Shown here piece after piece: positions 40,540-51,500 of a stretch of 64,000 nucleotides of DNA; positions within the stretch are counted from its first letter, which is position 1, and each line of letters begins with the position of its first letter. Origin of the DNA: Candidatus Latescibacterota bacterium (lineage in GTDB: Bacteria; Latescibacterota; UBA2968; UBA8231); contig OZ242214.1 in the NCBI GenBank assembly GCA_965206595.1, positions 6,880,001 to 6,944,000 on the forward strand. Direction: 5' to 3'. Made by a program: the position numbers and the translations under genes. Under the pieces are notes generated by a model. That model had not been told where the DNA came from. It worked only from the letters and a program-made list of their open reading frames with translations, and ran no database searches.

Positions 40540-42465
40540 CTACATGAAGGTCAGGATCTTCGCCTGCTCTTCCAGCAGCCAGAACAGGAACCCCCAGCCG
40601 CCGTTGACGCAGCACTCCCCGACGATCATTCCCAGGAAGAAGGGTTTGAGGCGCTGGAACATCGAGGGGCCCCAGTAGTGGAGGATGGTCAGCTTCAGCC
40701 CCCACGAGACCATCGCCGAAAACCAGATGTGGCCGGTGAGCCAGCCGACCCCGATGGCAAACCCGAGGGGGTGCAGCGGCCACCAGAACCAGCGCTGCTG
40801 GGCCCAGACCAGCAGCGCTTCGACGAACGCCCCGATCCCCTTGAACACCCAGCCCCTGAGGTCGGCCCCGGGCAGCTCGTTGATCGTGCGCGCCATGTTG
40901 GGCCAGCCGTGCGCTCCGGCCCAGTCGATGTGGTAGAGGTTGATGGCGCCGTAGGTGTAGCACATGCGCAGCACCATGAAGGCGGAGGCGCAGAAACTGC
41001 AGGCCAGGGCGATGATCAGCCCCCAGAACAGCAGCCTCTTCGATCCCTTCACCATCTCGGCGAGCTTGAGACTGTGGGCGCAGGCGACCATCGGGGAAGT
41101 GCGCGACTCCCCCTGCCAGATGAAGGTGAAGTTGAGGGCGACGAGCCCCTTGGCCCCCAGCAGCGGCGCGCCCAGCGCCGAGACGATGAAGTAGGCGGGA
41201 ACGATGGGACTGCGCACGGTGGCGACGCCGGCGGTGGCCGCGGCGCGGGCGACGAGGATCCAGAAGACGAGACTGATTCCCACCAGGACCGGCACGACCG
41301 GAAGCGGCACCCCCGAGCGCCACAGCCAGGCGCAGACGACGAGGAGGCTGCCGGCGAAGCCGAGCACCGCGGCGCGGTACCCGAGCAGCTCCTCGCTGTC
41401 GTCGATGCCTGCGTCCGGGCGCAGCACCTTGAGGGCGACCTGCCGCAGGTGGGAGCGCGCCGTCCACAGGGCGAAGAGCACGAGCACGACGACGGCCCCC
41501 GTCGACTGATGGGTGAGATCCGCGGGCTGGCTGAACTCGTAGGAGCTGAGCTTCTCGGTGCTGGCGATGCCGAGAATCTTGAAGATCCCCTCCTCGAGCT
41601 TGCAGAACAGGTAGAAGAACCAGACGCTGAAGGTGATTTCGAGATTGGCGAGGTAGAAGAAGCCGACCCAAGCGAAGCTGAAGGCGAACACCAGGGAGAC
41701 GGTATTGCGGAACCAGCGGAACCCCTCGTGGAAGAAGGGGAAGTCGGGAACCGCCGGAAAAAAATGATTGAGGCCGGCGCTGCTGAAGAAGATCACCGGC
41801 AGGGCGAAGCCGAGCCACATCGCCGGGTCCTTGAAGAAGGGGGCGACCCGCTGCACGGGATCCTCCCCTTTCTCGATCATGCTCTGCGGCAGCTGCATCA
41901 TCGGATAGGTGAGGCGCTCGTGCACCGACCACTGGCGGTGGAGGATGCTGCTGAGGCAGATCAGCATGAATCCGATCGCCATTATCAGGAGGAACCACCA
42001 GGCCAGCGGCTCGAGCCAGGGCCCCCACGGGATCGGGGCGCCCTTGGGGAGACCTTCGTAGTACAGGGAGATGGCGCGGGCGTCCTGGGGCACCATCCAG
42101 GAGGGGATGAGATCGTGGAAGAGCTCGGCGTAGCGGTTTTCGGTGGTGGCGTAGTAGTAGGGGAAGACCATGGTGCCGATCAGGAAGAACATCAGCCCCC
42201 AGGTCGGCAGGGTCACCGCCATCAGCAGCATGCAGTAGACGAGCACGAGGTCGGCGCGCGACAGCTCGAAGCGGCGCCCGATCAGGCTGACGAGCCCGTT
42301 GACGGCGAAGACGAGGATGAAGAAGAGGAAGATGGCCCCCTGCGAAGAGGGGTTGAACCCCATGCGCCAGTAGCGCAGCATGAGCCCGTACGGGGCCAGC
42401 AGCCCGACGGCCAGGCTCAACCCGGTGCCGAGGGCGAGTCCGGTGAGACTGAACGGAGACTTCAC
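40540..42465 (-). CDS. DUF6785/DUF6784 polytopic membrane protein (OPT-like transporter)
   Basis: Many TM segments; 'RQW..HERLTYPM..LP', 'WWPLHPLGF', 'KPFFLGMIVGE'. Confidence 0.8.
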   Translation of the reverse strand: MKSPFSLTGLALGTGLSLAVGLLAPYGLMLRYWRMGFNPSSQGAIFLFFILVFAVNGLVSLIGRRFELSRADLVLVYCMLLMAVTLPTWGLMFFLIGTMVFPYYYATTENRYAELFHDLIPSWMVPQDARAISLYYEGLPKGAPIPWGPWLEPLAWWFLLIMAIGFMLICLSSILHRQWSVHERLTYPMMQLPQSMIEKGEDPVQRVAPFFKDPAMWLGFALPVIFFSSAGLNHFFPAVPDFPFFHEGFRWFRNTVSLVFAFSFAWVGFFYLANLEITFSVWFFYLFCKLEEGIFKILGIASTEKLSSYEFSQPADLTHQSTGAVVVLVLFALWTARSHLRQVALKVLRPDAGIDDSEELLGYRAAVLGFAGSLLVVCAWLWRSGVPLPVVPVLVGISLVFWILVARAAATAGVATVRSPIVPAYFIVSALGAPLLGAKGLVALNFTFIWQGESRTSPMVACAHSLKLAEMVKGSKRLLFWGLIIALACSFCASAFMVLRMCYTYGAINLYHIDWAGAHGWPNMARTINELPGADLRGWVFKGIGAFVEALLVWAQQRWFWWPLHPLGFAIGVGWLTGHIWFSAMVSWGLKLTILHYWGPSMFQRLKPFFLGMIVGECCVNGGWGFLFWLLEEQAKILTFM

Positions 42466-42604
42466 CTCGGCCTTGCTCTTCCTTCACGGGCAGGACGCGG
42501 TTGCCCGGCACGTCTTCGAGAACCCGGCGGTGCCCGCCGGGCAGACGATTTCATTGTGTGTTTCCAGTCTGTTCGTATTGGGAGTTGGGTCCCGAACGGC
42601 TCGG

Positions 42605-43060
42605 TTACTCGGGCTCGCCGGCGCTCATCAGCACCCCGGCGCGCTCGACCAGTTCCATCAGCACCTCCATCTCGACGTCGGCGAGGCGGCGGAAGCCGAT
42701 GCTGCTCTTGCCGACCTTGACCCTGCCGAGCCGGCCGGCGTACGCCTCGGTGAGGTAGCGGCGGCCGTCGGCGGCGTTGACGTAGACGCTGTAGTAGTTC
42801 TTCTGCCGCGCCAGCCCGACGATGAACCACTCCACCGGCTTTTTGTCGGAGCGCACGTAGGAGTAGTCGCCGTAGCCGATGATGGACTGGGCGCTGCCCC
42901 CCCAGAACACCCCTTCCCACAGGCTGCGCCGGTGACCGGGCAGCGCCGCGGCGATGCGCCGATCCAGCGTCGTCATGTCGCCGCGGATCTCCTCCGGCAG
43001 GGACGCCAGGTATTCGTCGGGTGATGTGGATACGCGTTTCATGCTCGAAAACTCCGGCAC
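42605..43060 (-). CDS. DUF1801 domain protein
   Basis: 'IIGYGDYSY...EWFIVGLA.QKNYYSVY', 'GKSSI.FRRLAD'; start may be ATG 43042. Confidence 0.8.
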   Translation of the reverse strand: MPEFSSMKRVSTSPDEYLASLPEEIRGDMTTLDRRIAAALPGHRRSLWEGVFWGGSAQSIIGYGDYSYVRSDKKPVEWFIVGLARQKNYYSVYVNAADGRRYLTEAYAGRLGRVKVGKSSIGFRRLADVEMEVLMELVERAGVLMSAGEPE

Positions 43061-43104
43061 CGAACTCGGCGCCTCAGGCCGTTGAAAGTTTCTGGTCTCG
43101 TCGT

Positions 43105-44334
43105 CTACTCGGATGTATCCAGGATGGCCAATGCCGCCTCGATATGAGCTACCGCCTTCCGATCCCCATCGAGGGCTTCAGCGATGAGCGCGCGTGCCCT
43201 GGCGCGGGCGTCCTCCGGAAAGTTGTCTTCATGCTTCGCTGTATGGCATATCTCGTAAAGCGGCTCCAGCGCATCCAGTTCCCGTTCATACTGGGCAGCC
43301 GCGGCGTTCAGCTCACCACCCGCTTCCGGGAACATGGCGACGAGCTCCCGAAGATATCCCGCGGCACCTTGCCGGCTGGCCCGGATGATCCGGGCGTGAA
43401 AATGGGAATGGAAGGGAGAACCATCCTCCGACTCGAGGGCCTCACTCCAGAGCTCGTAGGCGGCAAATCCGCGAGCGTCGACATCGAACACGGCCTCTGA
43501 CGGGTCATAGCGCGTTCCGTTCGCGAAAGCGACGGCATTCCGGAGCGCGGTGCGGTGGGTTGTCCTTTCGTCAATTTCCGACGGACCGTCGTAAACCATC
43601 ACGTTGAACAACTCGACCGGGTCGGTATGGCCGATGGCATCATAGCGAACGGAAAAATCGGACCCTTCCCGAGTTCGCCATTTGTGCTGGACGGTGTACG
43701 TCTCGTCCATGTCGTCGTAGCCGACGAGCATACCCCAATTTCCCGCCCCGATACCGCTCGCCTTCTGCTCAGGGCTCATCGCTTGCCAGGCCAGGGCGGG
43801 GATTCCCTTTTGCAGGCTCGCCCGAACGGCATCCCTCGCTTCCGCCTTGAGGGCGGGAAGGTCGACGTCGAGGTCCGCCTTTGTAGCGTGGAAAACACGG
43901 AACCGTGCTATCTGCGGGTAGAGATCGTACCAGAGCCACCAATCGAGGTTGGCGTCGTGCCAGACTTCCCCGCCGCCCTTTCGCATCTCGAAGGCGAAGG
44001 CGTGTCCGGTGACGCCGCGCAGACGATCGGTGGACCACTCCCTTCGTCCGGCGCTCTGCAACATGGGATGGAGGACGGAGATGAGAGTCGAAAGGTTCGG
44101 TTGCGAGGGGTGGGCGTCCACGAGGAGAGGCATCGTCCGATCTCCTTCCGGGGCGGGATCGGTCAGATCTGCGCCCGTTGAGGATGTGGCGGTTACAGCC
44201 GGGGCAAGAATACCGGACACGTCGTCGGCGCCGGAGAGTGTCGCCGTCAGCCAAAGGGCAGACAGCACCAGTACGCCCTGCATACCTGGTCCGTCGCGAC
44301 CTCCCGGTGGGCGGGGATACCTGATAGTCCTCAT
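43105..44334 (-). CDS. Hypothetical protein, possibly secreted
   Basis: 409-aa ORF with a hydrophobic N-terminal stretch; start uncertain. Confidence 0.55.
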   Translation of the reverse strand: MRTIRYPRPPGGRDGPGMQGVLVLSALWLTATLSGADDVSGILAPAVTATSSTGADLTDPAPEGDRTMPLLVDAHPSQPNLSTLISVLHPMLQSAGRREWSTDRLRGVTGHAFAFEMRKGGGEVWHDANLDWWLWYDLYPQIARFRVFHATKADLDVDLPALKAEARDAVRASLQKGIPALAWQAMSPEQKASGIGAGNWGMLVGYDDMDETYTVQHKWRTREGSDFSVRYDAIGHTDPVELFNVMVYDGPSEIDERTTHRTALRNAVAFANGTRYDPSEAVFDVDARGFAAYELWSEALESEDGSPFHSHFHARIIRASRQGAAGYLRELVAMFPEAGGELNAAAAQYERELDALEPLYEICHTAKHEDNFPEDARARARALIAEALDGDRKAVAHIEAALAILDTSE

Positions 44335-44550
44335 GATGGCAGTGGGGGAGCTGAAAGCGATGGAGGTCGATAGCCCGAGCTCCCCCCGAGCAGTCTCCTG
44401 TATTTGGATATTGGTGCCCGATTCCGGGTCGGCTCACGCCGAGTCTGCGACCGACCCCGGCTTGCCGGTCCGACCGGGCTGCACCTGGGCTCCTGGTGCC
44501 TGCGCGCGTAAGTAAGCGGCCGAATTCTCGCGGAAGTGCGCGCGCAGGAA

Positions 44551-45687
44551 CTAGTGCAGAAGGCGGTATCTCACGTCCCGGAAAGCCGTGCTGCTCTCCC
44601 ACACCATAAAGCCGAAAGCCCCCGCGCGGAAGGTCTCGTCGGCAACCTGGTTGACCAGCTTCCCATCGACGTACGAGGTCAGAGAGGCACCCCGGGCTGC
44701 GATCTGGACCTCGTATTCCTGGCCGGCGTGAAGGGCGTGGTTCACTACGCTCAGCTTGGTTACACCGCGGCCGACGACCCTGCTGAAGGCAACCGCCTGC
44801 CATCCCAGGAGGAAATCAAGCATATAGAAGTTCCTCCCGTCCTCTGACAGGCGGAAGGCCGCCTGAGCGTTCCCTCCGGAGATCGGGGTCACCAGAAAGG
44901 AGAGCTCGTAGTCGGACCAGGTCGGCTCCCCGGCGATGAGCAGGGGGGACTCCTCCCCGAGTTCCCTGCTGTCACCGACGATGGCGTTGCCTTCGACTCT
45001 CCAGGTCTTCTCGAAAGCGACTCGCTCCGCGACCGGATGCGGCCTCCAGGAGGACAGTCCCTCATCGGCTGGAACCACCTGCCAATTGATGAGCCCCCTC
45101 ATTCCCCCGATGACGTCGCGGGGGGAGGTCTCCGGAGAGGCGGTGGGCTCGTGTGATTTCCTTGCCATGTCCCGGATCCTTTCTCGCATCAGTCTGCGCG
45201 ATCTGTGGAGTCGGCTCTTTGCAGTACCGACGGGTATGCCGAGCTGTTCGGCGATTCGATTGAGCTCCATACCGGCAAGATAGAAAAGGGTGACGGCGGC
45301 CCTGTCCGGCGGCGCGAGGCTGTTGACCAGGACCTTGAGCTCTCTGTAGTCGAGGGAGGCCTGCAAGTCCGATGCGAGCAAATCGTTCCTCAACTCGTAC
45401 TCCGGAAGGCGTTCCCGCTCGAGCCGCTTTTGCCGCAGCATCTTTCGGGCGACGTTGCGGGCGATGGTGTGGAGCCATGCCGGGAATTTGCCGGGGTCTT
45501 TCAGATCATCGAGGCGCCGGCAGGCCAGGATGAACGCTTCCTGCGCGGCATCCTCGACATCGTCCGGATCGCCGAGAAGGGATGAAACCGTTCGAACGAC
45601 GCTTGCCCAATGCCTGTCCACAAGCAGGCGAAAGGCATCCTGACTGCCCTGGTTGCACCTGGCAACGAGTTCCTGGTCCGAGAACAC
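44551..45687 (-). CDS. ECF sigma-70 factor with C-terminal DUF1080-like beta-sandwich domain
   Basis: 'DVEDAAQEAF', 'FPAWLHTIARN', 'GIPVGTAKSRLHR'; C-terminal 'WRVEGNAIVG...WSDYEL...YVDGKLV...FRDVR'. Confidence 0.85.
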   Translation of the reverse strand: MFSDQELVARCNQGSQDAFRLLVDRHWASVVRTVSSLLGDPDDVEDAAQEAFILACRRLDDLKDPGKFPAWLHTIARNVARKMLRQKRLERERLPEYELRNDLLASDLQASLDYRELKVLVNSLAPPDRAAVTLFYLAGMELNRIAEQLGIPVGTAKSRLHRSRRLMRERIRDMARKSHEPTASPETSPRDVIGGMRGLINWQVVPADEGLSSWRPHPVAERVAFEKTWRVEGNAIVGDSRELGEESPLLIAGEPTWSDYELSFLVTPISGGNAQAAFRLSEDGRNFYMLDFLLGWQAVAFSRVVGRGVTKLSVVNHALHAGQEYEVQIAARGASLTSYVDGKLVNQVADETFRAGAFGFMVWESSTAFRDVRYRLLH

Positions 45688-45864
45688 GCTTCTCCCTCAA
45701 TCCCGTGCCGGTCGGATCGGATTGCACATTAATGATCCGGGAATTCACCCCGGGTTCACGAAAAATCGAGGAGTAATTGCGCAGCCTGCACAACCGTGGC
45801 CGGTGCCATTATATTGACGACCGAGGGGAGAACGGATGAATGAACTGCTAGTATTTTTGCGAGC

Positions 45865-46257
45865 GTGTTTTTCCGCGAGGTATTCCAGCCCGTCCTCGAG
45901 TCGGAGTTTCCCGGGGTTCTGACCAAGCTGAGCGCCGGCGTCGTGGGAGGTGGGTCGGACAGTCTGGGAACGGACGACGAACTGTCCCGCGATCACGACT
46001 GGGGGGTAGGCCGGTGCCGGTTGTGCCTGCCCGAGGATGAGGCAGCGGACAAGGGTCGCGCCATCTCGGAGGCACTGTCCGCGGCAGTACCTGAAGGATA
46101 TCTGGGACTGCCGAGGAATGTGCATTCTGAGGGACTGCTGCCGGACGCGAAACCACGCCATGCGATGGGGGCGTTCGATCTGATCGGGAGCATCGAGTCG
46201 GAAGAAATTAAGGATATCGGGCGTGAGCTGGACCCGAATCTGGGACCAGATCTGTAG
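45865..46257 (+). pseudogene. Fragment of a DUF4037-like nucleotidyltransferase-fold protein
   Basis: 'AGVVGGGSDSLGTDDELSRDHDWG'; much shorter than expected for the family. Confidence 0.55.
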
Positions 46258-46354
46258 GGAGAGAGACTATATTCACTTCCGGTCCCCTCTTAAAGACCGG
46301 AGCGCGGGGAAGCCCCATGCCGGATACATCTGGGTTCAAACAGAAGGTGAGTTT

Positions 46355-48295
46355 TTGAAAAAGAGACTGTTGTTCAACTGTACCCTGTTGTTCGTGTGTG
46401 TCCTGTTCGTCCCGAACAGCTTTGCCCAGGACTATACCCGCTGGAGGTTGCCCGAAGGGGCCAAAGCGCGATTCGGCAAGGGAGGATGGCTAATTGATTT
46501 TGATTTTTCACCCGGTGGCACTCGGCTGGCGGTGGCCAGTAGCATCGGCATCTGGATTTATGATGCGCACACCGGTGAGGAAGTCGCCCTTCTCACCGGA
46601 CATGAGCATTTCGTTTACTCGGTAGCGTTTTCTCCCGATGGCCGCACCCTGGCCAGTGGGAGTGTGGACAACACGGTCCGGTTATGGGATGCAGTCACCG
46701 GCCAACCGCTAGCGACTCTGGAGGGGCATGAGGCTTCGGTTTTTTCCCTGGCATTTTCTCCGGATGGCGGCATCCTGGCCAGTGGGAGCGCCGACGGGAC
46801 GATTCGGTTGTGGGATGAAGTCACCGGCCAACCGCTGGGGAATCTGGAGGTGCATAGGGATGGGGTAAGTTCCGTAACGTTCTCATCGGATGGGCGCACG
46901 CTGGCCAGTGCAAATTGGGACCGCACGATCGAGTTGTGGGATGTGGAAACCGGCCAACTCGAGACGACTCTGGAGGGGCATACCGAATTTACCTTGTCCC
47001 TGGCATTCTCCCCCGATGGCGGTACGCTTGCCAGCGCAAGTTTGGACGGACCGGTTCGGTTGTGGAATGTGGGCAGCGCCCAACAACAGGCCGCCCTGGA
47101 GGGGCATACGGGGATTGTCGTTTCCCTTGCGTTTTCCCCTGATGGCCAAACCTTGGCTAGTGGAGGTTACAGAGAGATTCGGTTGCGGGATGCGGGAACC
47201 GGCCAACCCCTGGCCACCCTGGTGGGGGATGAAGAACTGGTCGTGTCCGTGGGGTTTTCACCGGAGGGCCGCATCCTGGCCAGTGGGGGTCTGGACAAAA
47301 AGGTCCGGTTGTGGGATGTGGGCACTGGTAAGATCAAGGCGACCCTTGATGGACATTCAGATGCGGTTACTTCGGTATCGTTCTCACCGAATGGGCGAAC
47401 GCTGGCCAGTGCGGGTTGGGACGGCACGATCCGGTTGTGGGGTGTGGACACCGGCCAGATTCTGGCCACCCTGGATGGGCATTCGGATGGGATCGGTGAA
47501 GTGGCATTCTCACCTGATGGGGGCACGCTGGCCAGTGGCAGTGGGGACCATACGGTTCGGTTGTGGGATGCGGAAACCGGCCAACTTCTGGCGATCCTTG
47601 AAGGGCATTCGGATGGGGTTAACTCCGTGGCATTCTCTCCTGATGGGGGCACGCTGGCCAGTGGCAGCGGGGACCACACGGTTCGGTTGTGGGATGTGGC
47701 CAGCGGCCAACCTCTGGCGATCTTCGATGGGCATACGCATTGGATCCACTCCGTTGCATTCTCCCCGGATGGGACCACCCTGGCCAGTGGCAGCGGGGAC
47801 CACACGGTTCGGTTGTGGGATGTGGCCAGCGGCCAACCTCTGGCGATCCTCGATGGGCATACGCATTGGATCCACTCCGTTGCATTCTCCCCGGATGGGA
47901 CCACCCTGGCCAGTGGGGGTCAGGACGGAGCGATTCTTTTGTGGGACATGTCGCCGTATCTCGCCCCGGCTGATGTCACCACGGAAGTGAGGGACGCCGC
48001 GGCGCAAGGTGTGCCCGCCACCAGCGGCCTGGAGCCCAATGTCCCCAATCCCTTCAACGCCAGCACCCGGATTGCCTACCGCCTGGCCACCACCGGTCCG
48101 GTGCGGCTGGAGATCTACAATATGCTGGGCCAGCCGGTGCGCACGCTGGTGGACGAGTCCCAGACCGCCGGCTTCTACACGGCCCACTGGAACGCCCGCG
48201 ACCAGTGGGGCTCGGTTGTGGCCGTGGGGGTGTATTTCACGCACCTGCATTTCCCCGGCGGAGTAGAGACCCGGCGCCTGCTCTACCTCAAGTAG
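46355..48295 (+). CDS. Secreted WD40-repeat protein with C-terminal FlgD-Ig/T9SS type A-like domain
   Basis: Signal peptide, 'LPEGAKARFGKG', about 11 'GH..V.SVAFSPDG..LASGS.D.TVRLWD' repeats, 'PNPFNAST.I.Y.L...IYN..GQ.VRTL'. Confidence 0.92.
   Translation: MKKRLLFNCTLLFVCVLFVPNSFAQDYTRWRLPEGAKARFGKGGWLIDFDFSPGGTRLAVASSIGIWIYDAHTGEEVALLTGHEHFVYSVAFSPDGRTLASGSVDNTVRLWDAVTGQPLATLEGHEASVFSLAFSPDGGILASGSADGTIRLWDEVTGQPLGNLEVHRDGVSSVTFSSDGRTLASANWDRTIELWDVETGQLETTLEGHTEFTLSLAFSPDGGTLASASLDGPVRLWNVGSAQQQAALEGHTGIVVSLAFSPDGQTLASGGYREIRLRDAGTGQPLATLVGDEELVVSVGFSPEGRILASGGLDKKVRLWDVGTGKIKATLDGHSDAVTSVSFSPNGRTLASAGWDGTIRLWGVDTGQILATLDGHSDGIGEVAFSPDGGTLASGSGDHTVRLWDAETGQLLAILEGHSDGVNSVAFSPDGGTLASGSGDHTVRLWDVASGQPLAIFDGHTHWIHSVAFSPDGTTLASGSGDHTVRLWDVASGQPLAILDGHTHWIHSVAFSPDGTTLASGGQDGAILLWDMSPYLAPADVTTEVRDAAAQGVPATSGLEPNVPNPFNASTRIAYRLATTGPVRLEIYNMLGQPVRTLVDESQTAGFYTAHWNARDQWGSVVAVGVYFTHLHFPGGVETRRLLYLK
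47654..47916 (+). repeat. Near-perfect 126-bp tandem duplication of one WD40 unit
   Basis: 47654-47779 vs 47780-47905 differ at one position by eye (TTC/CTC). Confidence 0.9.
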
Positions 48296-48515
48296 CCCGG
48301 ACGCCGCAGCCCCATTATCGGATACATCATCGTTCTTTCGATCGGGCTGCATCTCAGGAGGGTCGGCCTCATCGTCTATGGGGACGGACGCGGTCAGGAC
48401 GGTTGGGGCTTCAACCTCCACATCATATGGTTGAGATCACCGGCGCCGGACCCGACGGCGAAACTCCGGACCCGCACCCGGCGATCAGACCGACCACAAC
48501 CCGCCCCGGCTCCGG

Positions 48516-51500
48516 TCAACCGCCTGGAACCGGGACCCCTCCCCCCGCCGTCTCCGCCCCCCCGCCCGCCGCGGAGAAGTGACGGCCGAAAAACCGCCCC
48601 ATGTCGTCGGTCAGCGAGTACATCACCGGCACGAGGACCAGGGTCAGGAAGGTGGCGAAGAGGATGCCGACGATCACGGCGATCGCCATCGGGCCCCACC
48701 ACGCGGCCTGCTCGCCCCCCCAGTACAGGTCCGGATCGAGACTCCCGTAGAGGCCGAAGAAGTCGAAGTTGAGCCCGATGGCCAGCGGCACCAGGCCGAG
48801 GGCGGTGGTGACCGCGGTCAGGATCACCGGCCGCAGGCGCGTGCGCCCTGCCCGGATGAGGGCGGCCTGGCGCTCGAGACCGTCGCGCCGGCGCAGCAGG
48901 TCGATGTAGTGGACGAGGACGATGGCGTTGTTGACCACGATCCCGGCCAGGGAGATGACGCCGACGCCGGTCATGATGATCCCGAAGGGCATGCGGAACA
49001 CCATGAGCCCGAACAGGACCCCGGCGGTGGACATGATCACCGAGGTGAGGATGATGAGGGGCTTGATCACCGAGTTGAACTGGGTCACGAGGATGAAGGC
49101 GATCAGGCCCAGGGCCGCCAGGAAGGCGGTGGTCAGGAACTGCATGGCCTCGGCCTGGTCCTCCTGCTGGCCGGTGTAGCGCACCGTGTAGCCGGGCGGC
49201 AGCTCGTTCTCGACGAAAGGTTCCAGGCTCTGCTGCACCTCGGCGAGCACGGCGTTCTTGTTCAGGCCGGCGCGCACGTCGGAGCTGATCGTCGCCATGC
49301 GGTCCATGTCCTTGCGGCGGATCGAGCCGAGCCCCTCCCCCACCGTCCAGCGGGCCACGGACACCAGCGGGATGGGCTCGCCCGGACCGTTCTGGACGAC
49401 CAGGTCGCGCAGCGACTCGAGGTCCTTCCGCCAGGGCTCGGCGAGGCGGACGACGATGTCGTACTCGTCGTTGCCGGTGCGGTACTGGCTCGCCTCCGTG
49501 CCCTGCACGGCGGTGCGCACCACGCCGGCCACGTCCGCCGTCGACAGCCCGAACAGGGCGGCCCGCTCGCGGTCTACGTGCACGGCCAGCTCCGGGCGGG
49601 CTTCGTCGAGGTCGCTCTCCAGGCCGCTGAGCCGTTCCCCGACGGGGGCGTTCCTCAGGATCTGCAGCATGCGGTCGGACAGGTCCTTGAGCACCGCGGG
49701 ATCCTTGCCGGCGATCTCGATGTTCACGGGCGCTCCCGAGGGCGGCCCGTCCACCGGCTTGTCCACCGAGATCTCGGCGCCGGCGATCTCGCGTCCCACC
49801 CTTTCCTGCATGTGCGCCAGGGTCAGGAAGCTGTCGAACCGGCGCTCCTGGAAGTCGATGAAGTTCACCATCAGGCGCGCGTCGTTGGCTCCCTGGGTGC
49901 CGCCCATCAGCGGGTTGCCGCCGGCACCGACGGTGGTCACCGCGGATTCGGCGTCTTCGTAGCCCTCGACGCCGCGCACCTGCAGCTCCAGCTCGCCGGC
50001 GATGCTGTCGAGGAACTCGACGCGCGTGCCTACCGGCGCCTCGACGTCGACCCAGACCTGCCGCGGCGGAATGTCCTCCGGGAAGAACACGATGCCGCTG
50101 TTGAACAGGGAGAAGGCGATTGCCATGGCCGCCAGCACGGAGAAGGATGCGGCCACGACGGTGAGACGATGGCCGAGGGCCCAGCCGAGGACGCCCTCGT
50201 AGCGGTCGACCAGCCAGGGAAGGCCCGTGCTCTGAAAGCGGCGAGCCAGGGGACCGAGGATCCACCGGTGGGACAGCGTGGCCGCCAGGGCGGTGGCGGC
50301 CAGCAGGACCAGGGTCAGGGCGTTGACCGCGGCCAGCCCTGCGGCCCCCAGAAGGGCCAGGGCGATCAGCACCAGGCGACCCGACCGCGGCAGCCGGGGC
50401 CGGCGTTCGCCCTCCAGGCGCAGCCACCGGCTGCACAGCACCGGGACGATCACGAGGGCGACGAACAGGGAGCTGGACAGGGTCACGATCAGGGTCGTGG
50501 GCAGGTATTTCATGAACTCCCCGACCGTGCCCGACCAGAACAGGAGCGGACCGAAGGCGGCCAGGGTCGTCAGCGTCGAGGCGATGACGGGCAGGGCCAC
50601 CTCCCCGGTGGCCTTGCGCGCGGCCGCGGCCCGCTCCCAGCCCTCCTCGACGTAGCGGTAGGTGTTCTCGACGATGACGATGGCGTTGTCCACCAGCATG
50701 CCGAGGGAGAGGATCAGCGAGAACAGGACCACCATGTTCATGGTCACGCCGAGCAGCCCGAGGAGGAGAAAGGAGAGCAGCATCGACGTCGGGATGGCGA
50801 CGCCGACGAAGGACGAAGTGCGCACGCCGAGGAAGAACAGGAGCACACCGACGATCAGCAGCAGGCCGGAGAGGATGTTGTTCTCCAGGCTGTTGACCAT
50901 CATGCGGATGTCGCGGGACATGTCCGAGGTCGTCTTCACCACCGTGGCGGGCGGGAAGTCCGCCTCCATCCGGGCGATCTCCGCGTGCACGGCGTCGGCC
51001 GTCTCGATGATGTTCTTACCCGTTCGCTTGATCACGTCGAGGGTCACCACCGGCCGGCCGTCGAGACGGGCGTAGCTCTGGCGCTCGGCGAACCCGAAAT
51101 CCACCTCGGCGACGTCGCGTACGTACACCGGGCGGCCCCCGGGTGCGTCCACGACGAGGTCGCCGATCGACACGGGGTCGTCGATCTCGCCGTCGACGCG
51201 GACCAGGAACTTCCGCTCCCCCACGTCGATCGAGCCGCCGGGGATGTTGACGTTCTCGTCGCGCACCGTCTCGACCACGTCCTTCAGGGTCAGGCCGTAG
51301 TAGAGCAGCCGCGGCAGGGAGACGTCGACCTGCACCTCGCGCTCGCGGCCTCCGCGCAGGTCGACGCGCAGCACCGACGGGATCTGCTCGAGGCGGTCCT
51401 GCAGCTCCTCGCCCACCTGCTTGAGGCGGACCAGCCCGTACTCACCGGACAGGTTCACCTGCAGGATCGGCAACTCCTGAAAGTCGAACTCGAAGATGCG

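Noticed and set aside
46560-47950. Regularly spaced repeats resembling a CRISPR array
   Set aside because: 126-bp period in frame with WD40 units; no unique spacers and no cas genes.
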